The notes: generated from the letters alone by a model not told the origin. 64,000 bases of DNA from Felis catus (GCF_018350175.1 NC_058368.1:171742001-171806000), one strand, 5' to 3'; counted from the first letter of the stretch, positions 24,093 through 37,779 are shown. Program-made: numbers and translations.

Positions 24093-25039
24093 TCAATCAT
24101 TCTGGTTTTCTTTTCACTACAGCCAAAGACATCCTTAAAACATGAAGCCTATGTTAATCCATATAGCTTGCAATTTGGTGTTTTTAACCCCAGCAGTATC
24201 TCATATTGTTCTTATTTTCTCTTTTCTCAATTGAAAGGATGCCAGAAGCAAATAACTAGCCACCTATAGTTTGGACAGCAGTTTCCAACCAGCGCGCAGA
24301 CACTCTGATAATGCGTTATAGCATGCAAGTCAATTGTACATTGGATTTTCCAAACAGACTCTCGGCCTTCTGTACCAAGAGGATTATATCTGCCATCTAC
24401 TCTCTCTGGCTGTACTGTGGTGAGGATTACTGAGTTGATATGTATTGAGTACTTTGCGCTACAGGGAGGAAAAGGTGTCACAGGAACACAAAGAAGCATT
24501 AAATGCCAAACAAATTGCTTTAACCCAGTGGCATGTTGGAGGCTTCACAAAGAAAATAATAAGGGAACAGTAAATCACGATGTCCACAAAAAGTTCAACT
24601 CTCCTTTATGGTTTTTCATGCTTGCGTGAGCTAATATACAAAATAGAGAATAATTCTAAAAGTTATTAATTTGCTCCTGTTTAAACTTTAAACATCCTCA
24701 AAGCTAATTAGTTGTTTAGTTTTAATAAGTTTTAATGAAAATACTTCATACATATGTTGGATCCTCACAGCACAAAGTCAAGATTCATCAAATATTTTAT
24801 GTGATTGCATTTATGATCAAGGCAAAATGCCTTAATTACACAAGTAATTAGCCTTGAGAGAAATGAACACAAAAGTCCAATTAGTGAATTTGTTAACTGT
24901 TCCTCCCAGTGACTGAACCCATAGTCACTCCATATGTAGTTAGATATTATAAGTACTTGGATCATGGGAATTGCACATGATCTGAAATGCACAATGGCAA
25001 CAATAAAAACACTAAGGTAAAGTAATGAACCTGAACACA

Positions 25040-25220
25040 ATGTAGCAGGATGAAGATTAGACTAGGAGCCAAGAAACCTGGGTTTTAGTTCAGGCTGCCA
25101 CTCATAAACTGTGTGCCTTACGGTAAGTTACCCTGATCTTCCTGGGCCTCAGTTTTCTCAATTACAAACTATGGCATCTGGACTACATGATAGCTAAAGT
25201 TCCTTCTAGCGTTTACATTT
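25040..25220 (+). mobile_element. MIR (MIR3/MIRc-like)
   Basis: CCTGGGTTTTAGT...CTGGGCCTCAGTTTTCTCA...CTAAAGTTCCTTCTAGC. Confidence 0.75.
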
Positions 25221-27229
25221 TTCAAGCTGGTGTTGAGGAATTCCTCCCTTTCAATTTTCGTTTCGGAAGCCACTTGCTTCCTAGCACTGTGCCTGTCAAA
25301 CAACATTGCTGCCAACAGCTTATAAGGTAGGTCTGTTGGTGCAGGAGAAAGGCGTCTGCCTGATCTGGTTTTGTTTACAGTGGCAGCATTTCAGCACATC
25401 CTCTGTGCTTTCAGCGGGAAGCAACCAGGCAGCAAAATTGCTCTAGCATAAAACAAATCCAGCTGCAGGACATCTTCAAAATGCTCCCTATGTGTTTTTC
25501 GATTTAGCCTACCATTAACATTTTAAAGCACAATTTAGAGCTACAGTGTGCAGTCTTCTGTTACAAAATGAATCCAGGTTTCTCATTACTGGAGTTGGGA
25601 TGGTGGGGGGGGGCACGAAGTAGAGAGAAGGGGGATGTTTAGAGACAGAAGATAACTTAGAATGCGGGGCATGAGTGGCCTTCGATCCCTCCTGTCCAAG
25701 CACTCATCACCTGTGCCTCACACAGCTCATCAGCCCCATTCTTCCTTCAACAAAGCCCCTTTGGAGCTTCAGGTAAACTGCAGACTGAGAGAGGAGTTTG
25801 GGGCAGGGCCTGCAGATGGAATGGGTGTGGTTTGGGAGAGAGGTGTGACCTGATAAGCTGTGTGTCTGGATTGGCAGGAGGGGTGCAGAAGGGGTGGAAG
25901 CAGCAGATACCCTGAGCAAACGGGAGGAACAGAGTCATCAGGCATAGAGGAAGGAAGAGCATAGTATGTTTGAACAGTGCAACTAGATTTTAGTGGCTCT
26001 GCACTTAATGGAAGAAAAAGCAAGAGATAAGATGGAGAAATAGGCACTGACCACTGTGTTGTGCTGCCTGATCCCCGCTCCGGGACTGAGAGTCACATTC
26101 AGTAGCTGTCACTCACCCAAGGCCACACCCACTTCCCCAGGAGCCACCCACATTGAATAACTTGTGGATGTTGGGGGTCCAGCAGATATAAAGGTTCCCA
26201 AGAACACCCCCTACTATATTTCCTTCATGCTAATCTGCAACTCACATTGCACTTCTCAGAGAGCCCAACCTACAACACTATGCTGCAGAGAGTAGTCGTT
26301 CTGTGTCAGCAGTGGTGAGACACTGAAAGGGTGTAGACAAGTTAACCCTGATCAGATTTGCATTTTCAAAAGCTTACTCTACAGCAGTATGTGGAGGATA
26401 TTTTGGAGTCGGCGAACACAGAGGAATAGTGTTGTGTGGGAAATGACCTTGATGCCATGAAGCCCCAAGTATACAACCAGGAGCGCTATTCCAGAAACAA
26501 AGCTCTCCCACAGAATGGAAAAGCTCACAGCACAAGTTAAAAGGCTCAAACCACATTGTTCATTAGATCAATCTGAAACCCGTGGTGAGAACAAGGGGCA
26601 GTCAATGGACTATGTCAACACAGTTAGGATGGGGCATGAGCAGGTGAAAGGACCATGGTGCCTGAGTTGTGTTCACATACCCTCCTCCACCCACCCACAT
26701 CGCATCAGTGTTCCCCACTGGTGATGTGGTGGTTAAGACCACACTCGAGGTTTGAGCAAGGGGCCCCAGAGGGAAAGTCCCAGAGACTTAGGGCATGCTT
26801 GTCCCATTGAAGGGGCACAAGCAAGTACCTGCCAGAGTTGTAGCAGTTCAGATAAGCTGCTGCACAGCTACAAGTTTTATCTGCAATTCTTGGGCAAAGC
26901 ACACATGGAGCTAGAAGGAAATCATAATCATACTGAGTGTCACCATTGGGTGACTGATTAGGGGTGACATATCACTGTCAGCCCAGTGAAAACACAATCA
27001 TCTGTCAGCAACTCTCTTGCTTATTATATCATATTTGCTATTTTTTCCATGTATCCCCTGCATGTCTCATAGGTTAGTAGTTATTATCTATTTTGAACAC
27101 AGCTTATGAATTCTACCTAAGTCTCACATGTTACTTGTTTAATCATTCTCTATGTTTACCACATGACATGAGTTTTGACTATGTCTCATGAGCCCTTTGT
27201 TTACTTACTACCAATGCTTCATACTTCTT

Positions 27230-27439
27230 TTTTTCCACGTTTTTTTTTTTTTTTGGGACAGAGAGAGACAGAGCATGAACGGGGGAGGGGCAGAGAGAGA
27301 GGGAGACACAGAATCGGAAACAGGCTCCAGGCTCCGAGCCATCAGCCCAGAGCCCGACGCGGGGCTCGAACTCACGGACCGCGAGATCGTGACCTGGCTG
27401 AAGTCGGACGCTTAACCGACTGCGCCACCCAGGCGCCCC
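27230..27439 (-). mobile_element. Young felid CanSINE (SINEC_Fc-like)
   Basis: CpGs largely intact; perfect 17-bp TSD AATGCTTCATACTTCTT 27213-27229/27440-27456. Confidence 0.97.
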
Positions 27440-27697
27440 AATGCTTCATACTTCTTAAGTATGCATCCATACTATCCATTTGTTTTCTATTTTAGAGAAG
27501 AATTGAATATCCTCAAATACTACAGCAAAAGCACATTGCAAGGAGAGACCATTTTAGAGATTTTTTGCAAAAGGGGAGGCAAAAGATGAGGTGGTTTTGA
27601 ATTAGAGAGGTGGCTGTGGAGATTCAAGAGCAACTCTGTGGGGTGAAATGAACAGAAGTGATGAATGAATACATGTAGTAGGTGAAGATGATGGACA

Positions 27698-28172
27698 CTG
27701 TTGGTTGGCCGACCCAACATCCATTGCCTCCCTCCACTCCCTCTTAGAGGCTAGAAAATGTAAATACTCTCTAACAGCCTCTCTTGTTCCTGGGGGTGGC
27801 CATAGGTCATGGTTCTAGCCAATGGGATAAATATGGAAGTCTGCTAGAGGGAATTCTGTGAAAGACATTGCTTCTCTTAGTAATACAAAGGACAGGTAAA
27901 GCTGGAGCCATCCCTCCCACCTTAAACAAGAAAGTGATGCTTGGAGCTATGGCAACCATTGTGCTATCTACCGTGATGTGGAAAGCCACTATACTAAGAA
28001 TGGCAGAGTGGAAATATAGGAAGAATATGGACTCGATGACATCTTTGAGCTGCTTCTTCAGCTCTGGACTGCCAATCTCCAGACTTATTGTTATAGGAGA
28101 AAAATGAGCCCTATTGTTAAATCACCATGCACTGGATTTTCTGCCACTCATAGCCAAAAACATCCTAAATTC
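27698..28172 (+). mobile_element. MaLR solo LTR (old MLT1, K/L-like)
   Basis: TTCTAGCCAATGGGAT, GTGATGCTTGGAGCTATGGCAACCAT, AAGAATGGCAGAGTGGAAA, TCCAGACTTATTG motifs. Confidence 0.7.
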
Positions 28173-28978
28173 TCACTGAAAAGGCAAGAGGAGGCAGAAT
28201 AACTCAATCAAATGGCCAGACCTTGATGTAAAAGGCACTGTGAAATACAGCCTTTATTTTAGGTTACCATACACCCAACTAAAAAATGAAAGATCTCTTA
28301 CTAGTGTAAGGGAACAACTAGCAGTATTTTCCACAGGAGGATCCAAACTACTAGTGCAAAGTCAAGGTTCTTGTCCTCTCTGGTTCCCTAGAATCCCACA
28401 ATTGCAAATGAATTCAGACTGATTAAACTAGAGCCTTGGAAATGGCAGATCCTAAGCTCAACATTTTTTAAAGCTCTTCAGATTACTCTAATGAGTAGCG
28501 AGGGTTGAGAACCTCTAGTTTTTAATGAATACATCTGTTTTAGGATAAGAATGTGGTCACTCCTTCCTCCTTCTAAGCTTTATATGTTGTTGGACTTAGT
28601 TATCTGGATTTCTGAGCAGAGGTGGGAAATACCGGGACATTAGACATTTACAGATACCTGTTTCCACCTGTAGATTAATTGTGGTACTGTGAATCTTGAA
28701 TGCAAACTACGGGGCCATGCTTTCTAGAGCATCAAGATAAAGTCAGTTGAGTGACATATTGACATTCCACTACATTTTTCTGTCAACTGCAAGTATCACC
28801 AAATCTCCCATCTACATTACAAAGAGAAATAATCCCACTGCTCTCTTCTGTCCACAAATTTTTCTACAGTCCAGAATTCTTTTTATCAAAGGCCTTTACT
28901 GGTGTCTCAAGTCAGCCTTAACTTTGTAGTGGTCATAATATTCTGGCAACAAAACTCAGGTAAAAACCTATATTTTCT

Positions 28979-29191
28979 GGGGAGCCTGGGTAGCTCAGTC
29001 AGTTGGGCATTCGACTTCAGCTCAGGTCATGATCTCGCGGTTTATGAGTTCAAGCCCCGTGGCGGGCTCTGTGCTGATAGCTCAGAACCTGGAGCCTGCT
29101 TCGGATTCTGTGTCTCCCTCTCTCTCTGCCCCTCCCCCACTTGTGCACTGTCTCTCTCTATCAAAAATAAATAAAATTTTAAAAAATGTTT
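28979..29191 (+). mobile_element. CanSINE
   Basis: TSD TAAAAAC(C)CTATATTTTC 28961-28977/29192-29209. Confidence 0.95.
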
Positions 29192-30219
29192 TAAAAACCC
29201 TATATTTTCCATAACTGATTCCAATTTCTGTCTTGAGCCCCCATACTATTTGATGGCAGAGCTAGAAAGGTCAATTCCAAGGAATCTCGATCCATTTAGG
29301 GTTTTCCTCCCTCCCGCCTTTGCCCCCCAGGATTTGGGGGGAGATTGATAGAACATCTGGACATAGAGGGGGCTCATCTGGTCTTTGGTTGTCATCTGTC
29401 CATGCTGGCATCCTCTGCCCTGTGCTTATTCCTAGGAGTCGCCAATTGCCAGCATCTCTCCCCACTGGCATCCATAGAGGCAACTGAGTTCCCATCTGGC
29501 CTCTGATATAAGGACAGTGCTGACATCTGCTCTTGGGCCCCTCTTCCCAATTCACAGCATCTCCTAATCTGCCAGGAGGTACTCCTGTACCTGTCTCAGA
29601 TAAACATGGATGTACTTCTGGCCACTCCGAGCTGTGGGACACTCAGGACTGACCTGCTATGGAAATTTCTTCTCCCTGACTCAAAAAGGTGAGATAATCT
29701 CAGACCTCCATTACTTTCCTGGGTTCCCTCGGAAAGAAAAAACAGCTCTTGTCAGCCATTGAGCCCCCCATTCCCATCAACCCAGAAAGGGGCCAGTCTT
29801 GGGCTGCCCCTCAGAGATACACAGCAGTGTTCCCTCTTCTCCCTCATTCCCAGCCCATGGGTCTTCAGCCGTCAGAGTAAACAGGAAAAATGCTGGCTCA
29901 ATGTGGGGACAGAGTAGGGACAAAAAACACTAATCTTTGGACAGATAGTAATGAATTTAAATTAAATTTATTAACACACAAAATCTACTTAAAATATATG
30001 AACACTTCAAAAATATTATTCTGCCATACACCTTGGCAAGCTGGGAAGTCTGGCTATAATTCACTTATTATTGTCAAGAAAAATTGCATAAAAAACTAGA
30101 CACAATAAAACAGACTTTTTCTCAATAGTAGGAATATCGAAGCTCTTTTTTTCTCTTATACCACCTTTCCTACATTTTTCAAATTTCTACTGTCAACTTT
30201 TTTGCTTTCTATTTCTGCA

Positions 30220-31200
30220 GTAAAAATATCTGAAAAACATCCAACTAAACCTCTGCTGAAAAGGCATAAAGGAAAAAATGGACAAACCCAATCAGATACC
30301 AATGAAAATTTAAGGTGAAAAACACTCTATAAACAAAATGAAAAGGCAAATGACGGAACTAAAAGAAAACAATTTCTCACATGTGATAGTGAAAGGATTC
30401 ATGAAAAAGCTAAAGAGGCAAACTATACAGATAGCCTGTTAACAAAAAAATAAAAGTAAATGGCAAAAAACATAAAAAGAACCTCACTCAATTTTACAGA
30501 AACACAAATCAAAAAAAACTGATATATCGTTTTTACTTACTAGATTTTTGCAAAGTGAAAAAAATATGTAAAACTTAGTAATTGGTTAGGGGGTAGAAAA
30601 AGATGTTACACTGTTCTTGAGAATATAAATCTGAATAGCTGTTTTTGGATAGATTTGGCAAATTGATCAAAATTTTAAATATGTTTCTAAGAGCCCCTTG
30701 CAAAAGTACATCATAATATGAACAAGGCTAATCATTGTGGGATTATCTGGGAACAGCCAAAAAGAGGAGGGGCAGGATGGGAATGGAAACAAAAGGACTA
30801 TCAAAAGCAAATAAAGAAATTATAGTACAGCAATATAATCAAATACTATGTAACAGTTTAAGACAAACATGAAATGATGTGTCATATTTTAACATGGAAA
30901 ATTCTCCAAGATATATTATTAACTGAAAAAAATAATGTGCAGGACAAATTGAAGAGTACAATGATCCTTTTCATACAAATAAAGTATATCATGTAATATG
31001 TAAATATCAGTGCTATGTATTCACAGAAAATATATTTTGGGGGAGTAATCTGAACTGCCAACAATTTCTCTACACTTTGAATATTCTAACCAAGTCCATG
31101 TTTCATGCTTATTATTTGTTTAATGTCAACCACGATTACCTACCTGTGGAATTACAGATAATTCTGATTCTGTGTAAAATTTCTATTTCAAAAATTGTGC
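30220..31200 (+). mobile_element. Old L1 (L1ME-like) 3' region
   Basis: A-rich diverged L1 motifs (AAAATGAAAAGGCAAATGAC, ACATGGAAAATTCTCCAAGATATATTATTAA). Confidence 0.6.
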
Positions 31201-31228
31201 ACTAGGTTAATTTAGAAAAGCAGTAAGA

Positions 31229-31851
31229 TGTAGAATTTCCTGTCTTCTGTCTGACTTGGCTACAAATTCAGGGGTCCTACCCCCTTCAGGTTTGATAATA
31301 ATTTACTAGAATGGCTCACAGAACTAAGGAAAGTATTTTGCTCATGACTACTGGTTTGCTCTAAAGGATACAACTCAAGATGGAAGAATTGTATAGGGCA
31401 AGGCGCGGGGTGCGGGGGTGCAGGAAGAGCTTCCATCCCCTCTCTGGGCACACCACTCTCCCAACACATTGATGTGTTGTTCCTCAACCTGAAAGCTCTC
31501 CAGACCTCATCATTCAAGAGTTTTTATGGAAGTTTTGCTACATAAGCATGACTGATTAAATCATCAGCAATTGGTGATCGATCTGAATCTCCAGCCGGCC
31601 TCCTCACCATGAAGGGAAGGCTGAAATTTCCAACCCTCTAACCACATGCTTCTTTTTGTGACCAGCCCCTATCCTGAAGCTATCAAGGGGCCCTGCCCTC
31701 AGTTGCCTCATTAGCGTAAACTCAGATGTGGCTGGAAGGAGCTTGTTAAGGATAACAGAAGACACTCCTAATATTCAGGAAATTCCAAAGGTTTTAGGAG
31801 CTCTGTGCCAGGAACTGGGGCAAAGACTAAACATATATTTTTATTATACCA
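31229..31851. mobile_element. MER21-like solo LTR
   Basis: CTAGAATGGCTCACAGAACT, GCATGACTGATTAAATCAT, CAGGAAATTCCAAAGGTTTTAGGAGCTCTGTGCCAGGAACTGGGG. Confidence 0.8.
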
Positions 31852-31854
31852 TCC

Positions 31855-32505
31855 TGTGATCCTTCCAGAGACATTTAATCATATACAAACAAACATTTAC
31901 ATATCTACATATATAAAACATGTTATATAATAGTATAAATGTGAAAATAATGTATACTAATAATAATATATATACACTATACTTCATCTGGCTTTTTTCA
32001 TCTAGTTGTTTATCTTAGAGAGCAACTCATTTCTGAACATGAAGCACATTCTCATTTTTTTTATTGACTATATTCCATTACATGGAAATACTATAATTCA
32101 TGTAACTAGTCCCAACATACAAACATTGAGGTTGTTTTCAAACTTTTGCTACTATGAACACTTGGAAACACCATCTCTGGGGTACACTGTAGGTGCATTT
32201 CAATTTTGATTCCAGTGCCTTTCATCCTCCGTGGTGTCATACCAACTTACGCTCCCTCTAGGAATACCTGAGGATGCCTGTTTCCCCATACTGTCGCCAC
32301 TACAATATATAGAAAATCTGATCAGCAAAAAATTGTTGTCTTAGTATAACGTTATGTTTGTTTTATGACAAATGAGAGTATATTTTCCAGTATGAAGAGC
32401 CATTTGTATTACCCGTTCTGTAATCAGTCTGTTATATACTTTGTCCACTTGACCTTTGGGTTTGGGGACTTATTAATATGTAGATCTTTTATGTATCTAC
32501 ATGTA
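31855..32505 (-). mobile_element. Old L1 3' region
   Basis: ACATTGAGGTTGTTTTCAAACTTTTGCTAC, GCCTGTTTCCCCATACT antisense L1 motifs. Confidence 0.6.
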
Positions 32506-32519
32506 AAATTGGGAAATTT

Positions 32520-32850
32520 GGGAAAATCGCTATTCAGGAAAAGCATGAAAGGGGTGAGGGAAGCAGGACAGGGAAGGGGCAAGAACGGAGCAAAGGAGAG
32601 CTTATGTTCCACATAAACCTCCTTGTGGAATTGTCTGTCCTCTAGGAAGGCAAGAGGCCTCAGTATCATTTGGTGGTTGGTTGTGAGGATATCTTCCAGA
32701 ACAAGGCGGGTCATGTCAGCTGAAAGCAATTCTCCAGAGAAGGGGCAGCTGTGAGCCATTAGCATCCAACACTCACAGCAGCTGGGGAAAGGGTGCTCTG
32801 ATCCGGTAACGAGAAATGGGTGGGCCAACAAAAGAAGGTACACCACAGGA
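32520..32850 (-). mobile_element. ERVL-class LTR remnant (LTR40-like)
   Basis: GAAGGGGCAGCTGTGAGCCATTAGCA..AACACTCACAGCAGCTGGGG; related copy at 35355-36085. Confidence 0.55.
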
Positions 32851-34180
32851 AGTGAAAACAAGTGTTTCATTTTGGACATGGTAAGTCTGAGACATATTTG
32901 AGATATCAAGGGTCAAGTAAGCAGTCAGGAAATCTAGAACACAGATAAGAGGTCTATATGGGACATAGAAGTATGGTGGTGGTTAGTATCTAAATGGTAT
33001 TTTTAAAAGTCATGTGAATATCTCTACTGATATAGAAGGAGTTCTAGCATATACAGTAAAAATTTTTTTAAACATGCAAAATAGTGTTTATGATACTGCC
33101 TTTTGTGTAAGGGGAGAAATAAGTATATATAGACACATACACATCCATATACATACATCTACATTTACAAAAGGAAACCCTGGAAAAATACACAAGAAAC
33201 TAATAAAGTGCTTACCTGAAAGGCAAAGGGGTAGATAGAGGTGGCTGGGAACAGGAGTAGACAGGAGATGTCTTAAAATATTTTTATATCATTTCAATTT
33301 TTAAGTTATTGCTGTGGTAAAAATAAATACAGTTAAATTTTTTTTTTTAAGGAAAGAAAACCATGTGGATAGTTGAGATCTTCTATGAAGAAAGAAAGGA
33401 AAAGAGAAGAGGGCCTAGATCTAAGACCTAAAGAAGGTTAACGTTTAGAAATTTGGTAACAGAGGAAGGACCAAACAATGCAAGAAGGTAAGAAAGGAGA
33501 ACCAGGAATAAATGGTGCTAACATTCCATTCATGGAAGCAGTGGTATGTGAGCCCTGTCAAACTGCTGGTAGCTTGATGTTGGCCACAGTTGGAGTACTG
33601 ATTCACACTTTGGAAAAGGAAAATGCTACAAACCAGTCCTGCCCCTCCCCCTCACCACCAGTTAACCAGCACACTAGTGCATGGAAGCCAGGAGAAGATA
33701 GTTTTGAGAAGAGGGGAGAGTATTCAGCAGCATGAAATGCTACTGAGAAGCCAAATATGACAGGGATAGAAAAACCTATTATTTGCAGGGTTATCAGCAC
33801 AAGAGAAATTGAGTGAGACGTGGGCATGGAAGCATCACCTGGAGAGAGGAGTGAGTAAAAGTGAGGAAGTAAGACACTATGTAGAGACAACTCTTTCAAA
33901 AAGTTTTGCTGAGCAGTGAGGAGTTAAATCAATAGGTTGCTGGTTTGAGATCAAAGGAAGAGAATGTATGTGTTTTAAAATGAGTAATATTAAAACCAAT
34001 ATGTCCAGTGGTAAGATTATCCAGGAGAGAGAGAGAACGTTGAAGAGACAGGGGAAATGACTATGGTCTTGTCCTTGGGAGGGCATCCAGAATGCAAGTA
34101 GAAGGGCTCTCGTTTGATAGGAGAAACATTTCTCCCATTAAAGGAGGAAGTTTATGAATCTGTAAGCAGCATCTGTGAGG
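32850..34180 (-). mobile_element. L2 fragments interrupted by an L1 3' end (~33005-33345) and a MER63-like element
   Basis: TTTTGGACATGGTAAGTCTGAGA, GTAGAGACAACTCTTTCAAAAAGTTTTGCTG L2 motifs. Confidence 0.65.
33539..33679 (+). mobile_element. MER63-like hAT-Blackjack MITE
   Basis: Termini CAGTGGTATG...CAGCACACTAGTG; internal TGGTAGCTTGA..GGCCA and ATGCTACAAACCAG; perfect 8-bp TSD CATGGAAG 33531-33538/33680-33687. Confidence 0.8.
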
Positions 34181-35354
34181 GGGCAGTGCCCAGATACACA
34201 AGGCCCTGCCATCTCCCTGTCCATGCAAGTTCATTACTAACACCTTGACATTGTTCTTAAGGCAGCATATACACATGTGTCTTGCTGTGAGACCTGTCAC
34301 CAATTAGTAAATTTCTAGGCATCCTCGATCTCTCAAAGGAAGCTGGAGTACATACCTAGAAACCCAGGACTCCAGCTATGGAAACAAGGAAACCTGCTGA
34401 AGGGTGTAAATATTCTAGGGAAATGAGTTTCTCCCCCCTTCCCCCCGCCCACCCCCAAAAAAAAGAAAAAGAGAGAAAGAAAAGGTTAGAGGTAATTATG
34501 TGTCAGGATTTTACTGTCTGCCACTTTGAGATTATGCTTGACTTCAAAAAAGTGCTAATGTTTGATTAATGCTTTCTTGCTTTTAGTAGCTCAGCTAAAA
34601 GCATAGCTTCTAGTGAGCAGGTGGCACATTAAATTGAAGCATAAAAGAAAGGGTCTAAAAGTGCTTGAAATGAGAAGGAAAAAGGCCTTCAGAAGATGGG
34701 AGTAATGATTACCTTAATTGTTTCAAAAGGAAGAAGACTGATCTATCACTTAGTGGGAGGCTCCAGCCAATGTAGCAATTTTCCACCATCTTCCAACTAT
34801 GTTGCAGCCACAGAGACCAACGCCTTTGATGAATCACATTCAAATGGGGTCCTTGCTATATTAACTTAATGTCCATAGAGTTATGTAGTGAAAAGATTGA
34901 GGTGTTTGGTTACAAGGCCTAGCACCCAATCTGTGACAAATAACAAATATCAATCATTACTATCATTTGATCATTTTGTCATTCATTTCTGAAAATTCTG
35001 CTATTCTGTTGTTCTTTAAATGTGTGAACATGACCTGTGGCTTGCGTTCCTTCATGAGCTGTTATGTCAGGTGAATTGTCCAGTGGTTAATAACTGTGAC
35101 TATTATGTGAAGGATGAGTTTCTATTTGCAACTCTGCTGGATATTAAGATATTTCCAATCAAATGAAGACCCCTGTCTATGAATACCATATCCAGATCAA
35201 TGTCTATTGTAACTGTATGTGACCAATTGGCAGCCTCTTATATTTCAAGTGGTAGGTAAGTGCATCTTAAGAGTTTCAAACTAGTGTTTGGGACTCAGCC
35301 ACCTTGCTCTCAATAGCAGTATAGTGTTAGGGAGGATTTCTCTAACCCTATTTG

Positions 35355-36085
35355 GGAGGATGCCTTAGGACAAGTTCCTTGGAAGCAAAAACTGAGATGG
35401 AGGTTCTTTTTATTTTTTTTTTAAATATTCATTTATTTTTTTGAGAGAGAGTGTGTGTGTGCGAGCAGGGAAGAGGCAGGGAAGAGAGAGGGAGAGAGAG
35501 AATCCCAAGCAGGCTCTGTGCCATCAGCACAGAGCCCGACACAGGGCTCAAACTAACCGTGACATCATGACCTGAGCCGAATCAAGAGTTGGACGCCTAA
35601 CTGAATGAGCCACTCAGGCACCCCAAGGTGGGGATTTTTATATAAGCAATTTATTGGCAGAATAATAGAGTACTCTCAGGAAAAACCTGTAAGGGAGTAA
35701 GGAAAGCAGAACAAGGGAAGGAAAATCATTAGGAAAGGATGTGGTTTCAGCAGAAGTCTCACTTCAGCCTGATCTCATGGGGAACTCTGGAGCATGAATT
35801 GTACCAGTTTGTTCTGCCTTGAGGTGAGGTGGGGGAGGGTGGTGGTTATAGCACCCCCTTTAGTCAGTCATCGGCCACAGGCCACCCTCCCAGGAAGGGA
35901 GAACCTCCCTGGCTTCTCTGGACAAGGGGGCTCCCATTGGCCAAGGGCAGGTGCCCAAAGAAGGGGACAGCTGTGAGCTGCTATTAGCAGCCGACACCCA
36001 CAGCAAATGCGGGTGGGGTGTTGTGAGGAGGGAGGTCCAGCCTAGAAAAACAGGATCTGGGTGGGACACCAATAGCATCTGCCTC
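35355..36085 (-). mobile_element. ERVL-class LTR (LTR40-like) interrupted by a SINE
   Basis: GTTCCTTGGAAGCAAAAACTGAGATGG start; GACAGCTGTGAGCTGCTATTAGCAGCCGACAC. Confidence 0.55.
35407..35624 (-). mobile_element. CanSINE
   Basis: T tail, GA body, GAGCCACTCAGGCACCCC head. Confidence 0.93.
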
Positions 36086-37779
36086 AGAGGACAAATGGCA
36101 ATGGTGATTCCAATGCTAGACCTTCATCCAGGAGCAGACCCTAAAGGTAATTCGAACTTCCTTAAGCCATGCCACTTGGATCAATGCCAGCAGCTCTTGA
36201 ATGCTCAGTAATTGAATTCTCAGTGATGAAATTAGAGCTGCCAAGTGGTACCAACTTATCAGAGAACTCGAGTTACAGAAATGTTCAGCCCACAGTGTAC
36301 TGTTTCCGTTCCCCTATTTTAACTGTTATTAAATATTTTTAGGCTACTCCAGGTAGAAAATAACACATCAGACGCACAATTCTTATTCTAGAAATGCTTA
36401 CATTTTACAACACTTGATGCTATTAGGAATTGTCCGTATAAAATGATAAGATGACATCATGATGATAGGAGTCTAGCTGTCTCCTTTAGAAGTTAAGTCT
36501 CACAGGGCAAAGCTGTGGTTTGGATGAGTAATAATGAAAAAAGTCGCAGGGCAATTTGCTAGGGACATGATGTTATATTGTTAGGAGAAAAATAAGTACA
36601 TTGTATGCTCTGTGTTTCAGTACCAAAGGTTACTTCAGTAACCCACTCTCTGGGGTTAGCAGATGAACTTCAGGTAAGCAAATAACACAAACAAGTATTT
36701 GTTTCTGAAGCATATTAAGCACAGTGAGACTCCCTGCAGATTTCAATTCTCATTCCATCTGCTACTATGCTTTCTGGAGGAATGGATTTCATGACCTGAA
36801 AGGATGGTTATAACAGTGCTCCATTATAATGTTTCCTGGTCACAGTCCGTGCTCCGGGCCAGGTAGTACCGGTGCTCTGAATGGAGCTGGAGAGCCTGAA
36901 TTTGGGAGCACTGGCCACCTGCACGGTTGCTGACAGGTGCAGTTTTCTGGCATGATGCAGTACGCTGCAGAAGGAACCTGGGGCAAGAGTGCAGCGATGA
37001 ATTCAGGGTCAAGGAGAGAGCATTTTGTCTTGCAACTACTGAAAAGAATTCTCTCCATAGACAACACATAGGGTGGGTCCCAAAGAGAACAAATGGGGAG
37101 AAGCATGATTGGGTGCCTAAAGAAATGACAGAAGGCATCCCACGAAAAGTGCAATAATTGTGTCACTTTCCTTGAAACTCTCAAACAGCCACCTGTGCAC
37201 ACAAAAGGAACATAGCTAAGTAAGCTGGAAGCTCTTGATCATATTTGATTTCTGTTGTCTTCCAGAGTGCCTGATATTCAATAAGCCTATTACATGTGTT
37301 AAATTAATTAATATTGTGTTATCATTGATGCCCTAGGGCCCAATTAGTTTTAACTTATACAAGTTTAAACACGTGGTATGAACTGGCCACTTGCATAAAG
37401 GGATAGCTTTTTGAGAAATGCTGCATTTATAAATTACCTCAAGAAGACTTGAAGTTTCCCACCCCTTTAGTTAAATAATTTGGTGAGAAAAATCTTGTTT
37501 CCTGTTTTCTCTACAGCCCCAAATTTCTCAGAATAATTTTTTGTAGGTAAATGTCGCAGCTCTCTGGGTGATAACCTACTGTTCTTTCCACATCACCAAA
37601 TATAGCCTGGTGATAAGTGGTGTAGCCCAGCAGTCAGAAATAAGAATCTCCTGGGGATCTTGTTAAAATACAGACTTGTAAAAACACCCCAGGGATTACG
37701 AATTATTAGGTCTAGGGTGGGGCTCAAACATCTTATTCATAACAAGCACCCAAGTAGTTCGGTTGCACACGTGTCTCCA

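Noticed and set aside
32424..32909. 161-aa ORF
   Set aside because: Spans L2, LTR and L1 remnants
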